Positions 51,760-62,341 of a DNA stretch of 64,000 bases are shown here, piece after piece (position 1 is the first letter of the stretch; every line of letters starts with the position of its first letter). The translations under genes and the position numbers were made by a program. Source of the stretch: Negaprion brevirostris (lineage: Eukaryota); the NCBI GenBank assembly GCA_030324005.1, contig JARDVH010000160.1, positions 22,818,297 to 22,882,296 on the forward strand. Direction: 5' to 3'. The notes below the pieces were generated by a model. It worked only from the letters and a program-made list of their open reading frames with translations, had not been told where the DNA came from and made no database searches.

Positions 51760-52715
51760 TAGCCATCTAACTTCCCTTCCAATCTCACATGCTAGTTAAA
51801 TTTGTATATGGCTCCCTTTTGCAAGGTACTGTCCTCTCCCACCCTTTCAAGACTGCCATCATTACCACCTTCCTCAGAAACTGACCTTCAATGTCCACAT
51901 ACTTACAAGCCCATTTCCAATCGCCCTTCTCCCTCCAAGTGTTCTGAAGGTATTGTCACCTCCCAACTCTATACACACAATTTCCCAAACTCCATGCTTG
52001 AATTGCTTCAATCGCACCATTCTCCTCCGAAAGCTCTCCTCCATTGCTCTCCTTGGGATAACCTTCGCCTGATTCCACTCTTACTTATCAAGTCATAGCC
52101 AGAGAATTCTCTGCAATGGTTTCTTATCTTGATCTGTATGGAAACTAGATCCTTGACTAAGGAGCTATCCTGCTACCTGTCCACTGTCTCAGATTGACGC
52201 ACACTGTTTCCAACTTTGGCATACTCATGACCCTACGCTGAGCTTCCAACACTTTCCCTACTTCACATCCACAATATTGTCTATATCCACTCCTGGCTCA
52301 TCCGCTGCCAAAACCTGGGGAATTCTGTCACAAAAAGCAATGGAATCCAAGTCACTGAATATATTGAAGGAGGAAATAGATAGAATTCTAAACACTAAAG
52401 GCATCAAAAGGCATGTGGAGACTGTTAGGAGCATAGCATTCAGTTAGAGGGTCAGCCATAATTACACTGAATGGTGGAGCAGGATCAAGGAGCTCCTGCT
52501 CCTATGTTCTATGTTTCTAAGACTCTCTTGCACATCTTAGTCACCCCCAGATTCAATTATTCCAATGCACTGCTAGCCAGCCTTTCGTCTTTAACCTTCT
52601 ATAGGTCTCAGCTGATACAAAACTCTGCTGCTCCTAGCCTAACCTGCACCAAAAGCCACTCACTTATTAGCCTATGTTCACTAACCTACATTAGCTCCTG
52701 GTATCCTAAGATTGG
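51760..52715 (+). mobile_element. L2-like LINE ORF2 fragments with nested CR1 tail (52315-52520)
   Basis: YKPISNRPSPSKCSE (L2 RT YRPISxLPxxSK-like); LLHILVTPRFNYSNALLASL...QLIQNSAA. Confidence 0.75.
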
Positions 52716-54914
52716 GTCATTGAGGTCTATGGCATGAAAACAGGCCCTTCAGCCCAACTTGTCCATGCCACCCTTTTTTTAAAATCCCAAAGCTAGTCCC
52801 AATTGCCCACNNNNNNNNNNNNNNNNNNNNNNNNNNNNNNNNNNNNNNNNNNNNNNNNNNNNNNNNNNNNNNNNNNNNNNNNNNNNNNNNNNNNNNNNNN
52901 NNNNNNNNNNNNNNNNNNNNNNNNNNNNNNNNNNNNNNNNNNNNNNNNNNNNNNNNNNNNNNNNNNNNNNNNNNNNNNNNNNNNNNNNNNNNNNNNNNNN
53001 NNNNNNNNNNNNNNNNNNNNNNNNNNNNNNNNNNNNNNNNNNNNNNNNNNNNNNNNNNNNNNNNNNNNNNNNNNNNNNNNNNNNNNNNNNNNNNNNNNNN
53101 NNNNNNNNNNNNNNNNNNNNNNNNNNNNNNNNNNNNNNNNNNNNNNNNNNNNNNNNNNNNNNNNNNNNNNNNNNNNNNNNNNNNNNNNNNNNNNNNNNNN
53201 NNNNNNNNNNNNNNNNNNNNNNNNNNNNNNNNNNNNNNNNNNNNNNNNNNNNNNNNNNNNNNNNNNNNNNNNNNNNNNNNNNNNNNNNNNNNNNNNNNNN
53301 NNNNNNNNNNNNNNNNNNNNNNNNNNNNNNNNNNNNNNNNNNNNNNNNNNNNNNNNNNNNNNNNNNNNNNNNNNNNNNNNNNNNNNNNNNNNNNNNNNNN
53401 NNNNNNNNNNNNNNNNNNNNNNNNNNNNNNNNNNNNNNNNNNNNNNNNNNNNNNNNNNNNNNNNNNNNNNNNNNNNNNNNNNNNNNNNNNNNNNNNNNNN
53501 NNNNNNNNNNNNNNNNNNNNNNNNNNNNNNNNNNNNNNNNNNNNNNNNNNNNNNNNNNNNNNNNNNNNNNNNNNNNNNNNNNNNNNNNNNNNNNNNNNNN
53601 NNNNNNNNNNNNNNNNNNNNNNNNNNNNNNNNNNNNNNNNNNNNNNNNNNNNNNNNNNNNNNNNNNNNNGAGACAACGTCTATGATAGTCATCCGACCTC
53701 TTTGGCATCTTTTCAAAATTTAGTTAATGAGTCATTTGTTGCCTTTCTGCATTTAGATGAAATCTATTCTAGGAGTTAAGATCCTGACATAATGAGGATA
53801 ACATGCTGACAATGTCATTGGCGCAACATTATGTAAATGTCTTTGCAGAGATAACTTAACATAGATGCATTGTACAATTTTCTTTTCTTTTCTGGTCCCA
53901 TAATTATTTTTTCCACAATTAAGTTTTGTATCTTCAAATTAGAAGTTAGTTTGAAACATCAACCAATTGCTGGGATTTTCAAATGGAAATACGAAAAGTA
54001 AAGTCTCAAGATAGAAAATGACTGACTCTTCACAACAGCATCTTGTAATGCAATGGGCATTAACCTCAGGAGAGTAAATGAAGACACAAATCAGTTAAGC
54101 CTGTTAGCTATGGGCTACCTCAGCTAAGTGCTTCTCTGGCATCTTCCTGACTTGAAATGCTTAGTCTCCATGGGGTTGGGCAGCACTGATTTAAATTGAG
54201 ACTTCTTGTAACATATGACAATTTTGAAAAAATAAATATGTTACTTGAGGATGCAGAGATAGAGAAAAATAAAGATAACTTGACATTGAAAGTACTTTAC
54301 TTACCGTAATATTTACTCCTTGATATCAGTTTGGCTTAAAACCACTGCCTTGTCTTTGTGCCAAAACAATTGGCGATTCAAGCTGTCCATGAACTGCCCC
54401 CACCTCCCAGCACTCACCCCCCTCACCGCGCCCCGCCAACTTCCAACCCCAGACTTGAGCACATGATCAAGGCTGTCACTGCAAAGCAGTGCTGAGGGAT
54501 TGCAGAATTATCTATTTTTTAGTTGAGAAGTTCTGCCTGCATCTTCAGGTGGACTTAAAAGATATCTTGCTGCTATGCGAGGAAGATCAGGTCATTCTCT
54601 TACCCCACCAAAACGCATTGTTTATGCAATCTTGATCATTACAAGTAGCTAGACTCCAAGAGTTACATTGAGGGACAGATTGCATAAACTAAGCTTGTAG
54701 TGAGAGAATATGGAAGTTGATTAACTGAGGTCTTTAGAGTTTTAACTGTGGTATAATAATGTACACTGGAGCCCAAAGTAAAACACAGACACTGAAGCAC
54801 TGGGTGAGTAATGAAACTGTAGTAGATAGATTTCAATGCAACCAAGTGAGAGATCATCCACTTTACACTAATAAAGAATAGATTCAAATAGAATTTATAT
54901 CATGAAAAGTTGAC

Positions 54915-55575
54915 CTCAACCTCTGACCCCCCCCCCCCCCCCAACCCTCCAACCCACCATCATGACCCACCACCACCCCCTCAACCCCTGACCCACTGCC
55001 ACCACCCCCTCAACCTCTGACCCACTGCCACCCCGCCCAACTTCCAACCTATCGCCACTCCCCGTTTTCTGATTCACTGCCCTCCCGACCTCCGATCCAC
55101 AGCCGACCTCTGACCCACCGACCCCCCGACCTTCGACTCACCTCCCCCAACCCACCGCCAACCCCGACCTCCAACCCACCGACCCCCAATCCACCTTCTC
55201 CCCTGACCTCCAATCCATCCCCTGACTTCTAATTCCTCTCCTTCAACCTCCAATTTCTCCCTCCAAACTCCAATTCTCCCCCAAGGCCTCCAATATCCTA
55301 CTGACCGCCAATTCTCCTTCCGACCTCTAATCCACAACCTTACGTCTAATCCGCCCCCGACTTTCCAGACCCCCACCGGCCTTTAAGTCCCCCTACCCTC
55401 CACCTCCTATCCACTGTCNNNNNNNNNNNNNNNNNNNNNNNNNNNNNNNNNNNNNNNNNNNNNNNNNNNNNNNNNNNNNNNNNNNNNNNNNNNNNNNNNN
55501 NNNNNNNNNNNNNNNNNNCTTTCCAGACCCCCACCGGCCTTTAATTCCCCCTACCCTCCAAATCCTATCCACTTT
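54915..55575. repeat. C-rich low-complexity tandem repeat
   Basis: Repeated ccacc/ctgacccac/ctccaa units; ~58 bp duplicated on both sides of the gap at 55419-55518. Confidence 0.75.
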
Positions 55576-56119
55576 CCTTCATCCTGACCTGTCAAGGATA
55601 TTTCACGACCTTAAAATTTACTTGGTTTATGACAGTTAGTGCCATAAAAAAAGAAGTGGCCTGTTTCACTTCAACTATCCTGGACTTTGATCCAAGCGCT
55701 GATTGCCACTCCGAGAAAGTTCAGGCCCAATGTATGGAGCGAGCCAATCAAAAGTACATTCCAGAATTATGAAGCAACAGAGATGCAATTATTCCTTCAG
55801 CACAATATTTAACAGGCTACTGGGCAGATAATACAAGGCCTTTCGTCAAAATAAAATCAGCAGGCTTTTTGGCAAAACATTTAAACTCCACATAATGACA
55901 TTCAGATCTCCCGACGGAAAACTAAATATAAAGTAGATTACATAATTTATAGATATCTTCAGAATCCCAGTGAACAACACATCTAAAAATTGGAATGGAT
56001 ATCACAAAAGGTGTGATTCTGAAAATTATTCATCTTTAGTGGACTATAAGCAGACATATCATTTGACTTGCATACTTCTGCATTTAGCATGGAATAAAAC
56101 AAGTGAACTGGTTACTTAC

Positions 56120-56213
56120 GCTGTTCTCATTGTAGCAGTATGTGACTTTTGTTTGAATATCACCAACATTCAGTGCGGGAGCAATCTTACTGGAAGTAAA
56201 CCTTAGACGAGAT
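56120..56213 (-). CDS. snx19: Sorting nexin-19, internal exon (exon 6 equivalent)
   Basis: ttttttcag|A...AACAGC|gtaagt; 94 nt; SRLRFTSSKIAPALNVGDIQTKVTYCYNENS (human SRLRFSSSKISPAL...). Confidence 0.93.
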
Positions 56214-56524
56214 CTGAAAAAATAAAGTTGCTAATACTCCAAGTGCTAACAAACAAATAATTCCTATATTTATCACACCGCTTCTATAATGCAGTCATAT
56301 AACATCTCCAAAATAATTCATAATATTCAATTCAAATCTCCTGTGTGCTGTCTCAAGCTTACTAGTAATCTTTCACTCCAGTTCGCTCTTGCTAGATATA
56401 AACCATGCTTCAATTACCTACATATTGACTTGGCATTTGATAGCACTTTTCTCAAACTTACATCTGTTAAGAACAGGACTTCAGAAAGGGATAGAAACAG
56501 ACTTAGACAATCACAGTGAAGCAT

Positions 56525-56842
56525 TCATAGAATCATAGAATTCCTACAATGCAGGAGGAGGCCACTTGGCTCATCAAGCCTGCACTGACAACAATCCCAC
56601 CCAGATCCTATTCCTGTAACCCCACATATTTACCATGCCAGCCCCCCTGACACTAAGGGGTAATTCAGCATGATCAATCCACCTAACTCACATGTCTTTG
56701 GATTGTGGAAGGAAACCGTAGCACCCAGAGGAAACCCATGCAGACATGGGGAAAATATGCAGACTCCACACAGTGACCTGAGGCTGGAATTGAACCCGGG
56801 TCCCTGGCACTGTGAGGCAGCAATGCTAACCACTGTGCCATC
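56525..56842 (-). mobile_element. HE1-like V-SINE, CR1-type tail
   Basis: catagaatcatagaattcctacaatgcagg...gcagcaatgctaaccactgtgcca. Confidence 0.88.
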
Positions 56843-57045
56843 CTAATCATTTATTGATATTTCAATTAGAGAAAGTACCAGACAGTTGCTGGTACCTTTA
56901 AAACAGCATACCATAGGAAGCAACTTCTTCAGGAAAGAAGCAGAAACAATTCGGGGGCGAATAAAAGGCACAGCTATGTGAGAGAAACAAGAGGCTTCAA
57001 AAATTGACAGGCATCAACTACATCATGTTTTCTATTGACACCTAC

Positions 57046-57176
57046 TTGGTCCCTTTCTTTCCATCCCCTTGAGATTTTCCATCTACTTCACATTCTCCCA
57101 AATCCTCAGTAGGACTCTGGGGTTCTATTCGGGGGAATGCTGTCTTCAACGTGTCCACAATTGCACTGACAACAAT
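57046..57176 (-). CDS. snx19: Sorting nexin-19, internal exon (exon 5 equivalent)
   Basis: cccgcag|ATT...ACCAA|gtaggt; 131 nt; IVVSAIVDTLKTAFPRIEPQSPTEDLGECEVDGKSQGDGKKGT(K); ends in phase 2. Confidence 0.95.
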
Positions 57177-57567
57177 CTGCGGGAGAAGTATTACACGCCA
57201 AGATCAATTTCCTTGTTGCTGTTGTAATAAACACCATTAAAACCCTTCATCACTGTACGTTTTCTACTGCAGAACATTCTAGTTTAGCCCCATCTACCAT
57301 CTACTGCACTGGGTGACTTTTTAAATATTAAAGAAAGTTTAAAAGATGGTTTGATTGGGGATTTTAATAGACTGTGTTTCAAACACATACAAAGGATTCA
57401 AAATAGTTTTAATTTATTGCAAGAACCTCAGCCTGAGAACTGAATATCTCCAACTTTTAAAAGAAAATATGTAGCTATCACTGTGTGGTATTTAACAAAT
57501 AGCAGTTCTTGAAGGGAAGATGCTAAATTAAACTTAACCAAAATTATTCAAACATTTACAAAGTTAC

Positions 57568-57684
57568 CTTGTCAATTCTGGACACAAATGACTTCTTCAC
57601 AAAAGCAATTCTGGCATCAGTGTTTAGAGCCAGAAACTCTTGCATTTCCTCAGAATATGCACTTTCAGGAATTGCGCACAGTTG
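57568..57684 (-). CDS. snx19: Sorting nexin-19, internal exon (end of PX; exon 4 equivalent)
   Basis: atgcag|CAA...GACAAG|gtaact; 117 nt; QLCAIPESAYSEEMQEFLALNTDARIAFVKKSFVSRIDK. Confidence 0.96.
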
Positions 57685-57889
57685 CTGCATAAAAAGGGGA
57701 GAAGATTATTAACTGTTTCATACAGAAAATAGAACAGAAACAAAATTATAACAATTCAAATTAAAAGACAGAATTAGCAGACTTGGTATTTCATTTACTT
57801 TCGGCTCCTTGGCTGTACCCTCATTGAAGTAAACTCTGTTGAAGCATCTGACAATACCTGGGGGTGGCAATTAAATGGAGGCCTGAGTG

Positions 57890-58226
57890 AGACTCCACTG
57901 ACTCCGTCTGCACTTCCCGCTGCCTCAGAAAAGCAGCCAGCACAATCAAGGCCCCCACACACCCCGGACATCCACTCTTTCATCTTCTACCGTTGGGAAA
58001 AACTTATAAAAATCTGAGGTCACACACCAATTTATTCAAGAACAGCTTCTTCCCTGCTGCCATCAGATTTTTGAATGAACCTGACTCACATTAAGTTGAT
58101 CTTTCTCTACGCCCTAGTTATGACTGTAACACTACATTCTGCACCCTCTCCTTTCTTTCTCTATGGTATAGTATGCTTTTTTTCAAAGTATACTAATACA
58201 TGTGACAATAATAAATCAAATCAAAA
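57890..58226 (+). mobile_element. Rex1/Babar-like LINE 3' end
   Basis: SRCLRKAASTIKAPTHPGHPLFHLLPLGKTYKNLRSHTNLFKNSFFPAAIRFLN; tail tgtgacaataataaatcaaatcaaa. Confidence 0.8.
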
Positions 58227-59002
58227 TCTCTTGTTGATAGAGTTCAACTTCAACTTACTAAACTACAAATCTATGTATAAAACAAATCATAAGTTTCCAG
58301 CGATTTATGTCTATACCATGAGCCACAAAATAGCTAACAAGCATTAAAATCACAATCTGATTAGGCTAGCCATTGTAATGTTTGGATTCAGTTTAAGTAT
58401 AACATGTCCAGTTTGCTAATCCAATAGACAAATTCTATTACCCTGTTGCCTGAGTTGATTGTAATCTCGGACACAGTTGAACATGGGCTACAGGAGAGAT
58501 TACACTCTAAGATTCAAATAGAAGGCTTTTAATACAAGGCTGAAGGTGTCAGACCAGCGAGACACAGCTGCTGCAAAGCAATGTACAAATAGCACCTTTT
58601 TAATCCCAAAGTAAATGGACACAAAGGAACAGAATCTGGTGATACCTTAGTTACAACAGAAGAAGGTCAATAATGATTTATAGTAAAATAACATGGCAAG
58701 TTTAGGATGACTGCACAGAAAATTTTGGATTTTGCAGTCAAGCTCCAACTGGCAAAACTGCCCATAATACTCCACAAACTAACAATCTTGCAGCATGAAG
58801 CCACAAATGCTGATGTTAGAAATGGAGAATGTTATCTGGATGCAATAGGAACAGCATTTCTATGGTTGGACTTGGATTGCATTACAGAAACTATGTTGAA
58901 AACTGACCCTGAATCTAATTGTGCCACACCAAAGCCAAAGGTACACAATGCTGATCCCAGATGTCTCAACTTGGATGAGCACAAGACATCATAAATGTGC
59001 AT

Positions 59003-59145
59003 AAATACGAGCTCTGATGAAGGGTCATCCCGTCTCGAAACATTGGCTCTATTCTCTCTCCACAGATGCTGTCAGGCCTGCTGATATTTTCCAGCATTTT
59101 CTGTTTTTGTTTCAGATTCCAGCATCCACAGTATTGTGCCTTTAT
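59003..59145 (+). mobile_element. Short Penelope-derived repeat with a minimal hammerhead-ribozyme core
   Basis: gagct-CTGATGA-agggtcatcccgtctc-GAAAC-att-ggctc at 59009-59049; perfect 12-bp flanking direct repeat ataaatgtgcat (58991-59002 and 59146-59157). Confidence 0.7.
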
Positions 59146-59330
59146 ATAAATGTGCATTCATTGTTTTGAATAAAGGATTTGTTTATGCATATGTTGGACA
59201 TATAAAAAAAGAACTGATTTGGGTCTGAATGAGGCACTGCAAGCACAGGATAATCCAATTGATTTTAAAATGGTGAACTATCGCCTAAACGAAAAGAAAC
59301 ACTACGATCTTGGTGTCACTTTACTCTTAC

Positions 59331-59431
59331 CTTAAGAAAGGTCTCAAGAAGGCTTTTTCGAGCTTCAACCTTATCACTGTCCATGTTGCCAAAAGGCAGG
59401 TCAGGAAAGAGCTTCTTTGGTCCTTTAACAT
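59331..59431 (-). CDS. snx19: Sorting nexin-19, internal exon (PX domain; exon 3 equivalent)
   Basis: ggtttccag|AT...CTTAAG|gtaaga; 101 nt; (N)VKGPKKLFPDLPFGNMDSDKVEARKSLLETFLK; phase joins the previous exon. Confidence 0.97.
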
Positions 59432-59541
59432 CTGGAAACCAACAAAAATCTATTAATAAGAAGAGCAAACAAAATCTGCATTTAAAGAAATTGTGCTACT
59501 TATTGCACGTATTAGTTTGAAGATGACGTTATAGAATTTTT

Positions 59542-59830
59542 TTTGCTATATCTAATCAAAGTCCAGTTCAAAGTCTCAATTACTGAGACATGACAGATTC
59601 AAGCTTACAAGACAGGCAAGCCTCTTCCTGTCTTGAGCTTGATCTACATGATCCAAGCTGATAGGAGCAGGCATTGCACCCCCTTCAGTGCTTGATCTCA
59701 TCTGCATTTTAGGCCTAGATGTCGTTTTTTTAAAAATTGCTTTAGATGAAGCCTCAGTGAAACCTCATTGACTTCAATCAAATGCAAGACTACAAAACTG
59801 CACTTGATCTTAGCCAAAAGGCCGCAAAGT
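59542..59830 (-). mobile_element. U2 snRNA-headed short retroposon (SINEU-like), apparently full-length copy B
   Basis: The minus strand starts ctttgcggccttttggctaagatcaagtgcagt (U2 5' end), continues into a body shared with copy A and ends in an A-run; flanked by a 12/14 direct repeat (59528-59541 and 59831-59844). Confidence 0.75.
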
Positions 59831-60581
59831 GTTTTAGAATTATTACAGCTTGTATCCCTGATAAAACTGAACAGCTCCCAAAGCAAACTCATTGTTTGAG
59901 TGTGGTTTGGAAGCACTTCAGAGAAATGTGGCAAATATTTAAATGGTCTGTTAGCTTTGCTGAAGTTCTATCACTCATACAAATATCATTTTATACTCAT
60001 AGAAAAAGTAAGAAGAAATATGGAACATGACTAATGAGAAAGAAAAAGACCTAATTTATGGAGCATAAATATAGCCTGGTTATTCAAAAGTAAAAATGAT
60101 TAAAGCAGCATATTTTATTATTCCAATTTATAGTTTAAAAGAGTAAGTGTACTTTGAATGCACATAGATGAAATTACCACCTTCGATTACTAAGTGCCTT
60201 GCAGGATACATGACAAACAATATTTTCAGAAAAGGCTGAATGGAACAGTTAAAGCACTATAAAATATGCTGCATTATGCACAGTGTGTTTTACACTGTAA
60301 GCTCTCAAACTGTCTCCCCATCAGAAGTAAGGTACTTCCTCAAAGGCAGAATGAGAAAAACAGTCAACCAAGAACATCTATACGACTCTTTTGATTTAAA
60401 ACTGGCTCATGCAGGGTCAAGCAAGATGTATGCATTGTACACATTTGTGCGCTTCACTTCCTCACTCCATCTTTTGGTGCTATCCCCACTCACACTTTCC
60501 GTTACATTGGGAGCCGCAAACCCACCATGGATGGAGATTCTTGTGCAAGATTAGGATTTACAACGTTATCAGGTTTCTTAC

Positions 60582-60720
60582 TTTTGAGGAGCTTGCGAAG
60601 TTCTGCCTTTTCCTCTAATCTAGTTTGCAGGTTCAGGAATTCACTGTAACGTCGATTAACAGTGTGGTACGCCACCTGCTGGAGTGTTCCAGGATTCTCT
60701 GTGTCCAGTGCTGTTTCATA
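60582..60720 (-). CDS. snx19: Sorting nexin-19, internal exon (PX domain; equivalent to human exon 2)
   Basis: ctcttaacag|TATGAA...CTCAAAA|gtaaga; 139 nt; YETALDTENPGTLQQVAYHTVNRRYSEFLNLQTRLEEKAELRKLLK, closely matching vertebrate SNX19 (HTVNRRYREFLNLQTRLEEK); ends in phase 1. Confidence 0.96.
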
Positions 60721-60904
60721 CTGTTAAGAGATAAATGTGTTTGTCCATGCAAAATAAGTGACGTCTCTGCAAGATATGCAACCTTCACCCAAACTAACTC
60801 AAAATTCACTATCTTGTCAAAAATTTAATGAACATAAAATCCAGCCAGACTTTTTCCATCTTGGCACTGGATACGCTTTATTCTCTGTAAATCTTTTTGA
60901 CATT

Positions 60905-61233
60905 TCATAGAATCCCTACAGTGCAGAAGGTGGTTTTAGTCCATTCAGCCTGCATTCTCAATAATCCCACCCTGGCCCTATCCCCATAACGCCAGATACT
61001 TACCCCGCTAATCCCTCTAATCTATGCATCCCACGACACTAAGGAGAAATTTAGCATGGCCAAAGCAGCTAACCCGCACATCTTTGCACTTTGGAAGGAA
61101 ACTGGAGCACCCAGAGGAAATCCATGCAGACGCAGGGAGAACGTGCAAACTCCACACAGGCAATCACCCAAGGCCAGAATTGAACCAAGGTCCCTAGCAC
61201 TGTAAGGCAGCAGTGCTAACCACTGTGCCATCA
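60905..61233 (-). mobile_element. HE1-like V-SINE, CR1-type tail
   Basis: catagaatccctacagtgcagaagg...gcagcagtgctaaccactgtgcca. Confidence 0.88.
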
Positions 61234-61399
61234 TGCTTACCACAAGGATTTTTTTAAAAAAAGACTTATTCTAAAGTTATTTCCTATTAAATGAAATCTG
61301 AACAATATGAATAAATGCATCTCAGAAATACAAGTTAGAAAGAGAAAAGCAATTCACTCCAACAAAAATTCCTCTAAAAATAAATTACTGCATTCATGT

Positions 61400-61765
61400 G
61401 GCATTTACAGAACACAACGTCACAAAATGCTTAAAGCCTATTCAGCATCTTTGAAGTCTAGTCATTGTTGTAATGTGAGGGAATGCAGAACCAACTCACA
61501 GAAAAGTTCTGGTGAACAGTAATGCGAAGATGACCAGACGATCTGTTTTTCCCAATGTTGTTTGAGGGATAAATATTAGGTAGAACACTGAGGAGATCTC
61601 TGAATGCGCTCCTTCAAAAATAAGCCTAGGTCTTTTCCATCAACCTGAGGGGGAAAATCAGGCCTCGGTTTAACACCCCATTTGGAATGTTGCACCTCTG
61701 ACAGTGCAGCATTCCATCATTACTGCAGTGGACTGTCATCAACTTTTGCACTCAAGTCTGTGGAT
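61400..61765 (-). mobile_element. DeuSINE (SacSINE1-like)
   Basis: aatgttgtttgagggataaatattagg...ggcctcggtttaac...gcacctctgacagtgcagcattcc, the reverse complement of the Deu domain. Confidence 0.7.
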
Positions 61766-62199
61766 TGCCTCGTCCCCTGACCTGTCCCTGCCCCAACCTT
61801 GCCTATCAAACCAGTTCCCCCGTCCCAGCACCAAAGTTGCATCTTTCTCTGATTTCACTCCAACATTCCCTTGTGCCTTCAATAAGTTTGTCTTATTCAT
61901 GAGACCCACACTCCCATTCTCTCAATCTTATTCCAATTAAGGCACCAGCAATTCAATGTCCCTTCCTGCACTTGATCGTTCTGCTCTTGCAAGCCACCAC
62001 CATGAACACTCCCTACATTTGTTGAAGGGAATGTTTAGGGAAAAAGGAAAGAAGTTACGTAGGTGGTTGATAATACGGAAAAGAAGGTGGGAGAATCTTT
62101 GCGTTCCAGAATGATCCTAGTACAATCGAGCTGTTTTAGCACAAAACAGAGCCGATAGTGCCTCCAGTGTTTGAGCCAGATAAATCGCTAAACCAATTA

Positions 62200-62341
62200 A
62201 AAGGAAAATGTTGCAGATGCTGAAAATCTGAAATAAAAACAAAAAATGCTGGATAAACTCAGCAGGTCTAGCAGCATCTGTGAAGTTGCTGCCACAGATA
62301 CTGCCAGACCTGTTGAATTTATCCATAATTTTCTGTTTTTA
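62200..62341. repeat. Fold-back hairpin made from the PLE-derived repeat
   Basis: Arms at 62234-62282 and 62293-62341 (49 bp, 7 mismatches) with a 10-nt loop. Confidence 0.7.

Noticed and set aside
55074-55376. Gly/Trp/Arg-rich ORF
   Set aside because: It is the translation of a C-rich low-complexity repeat.
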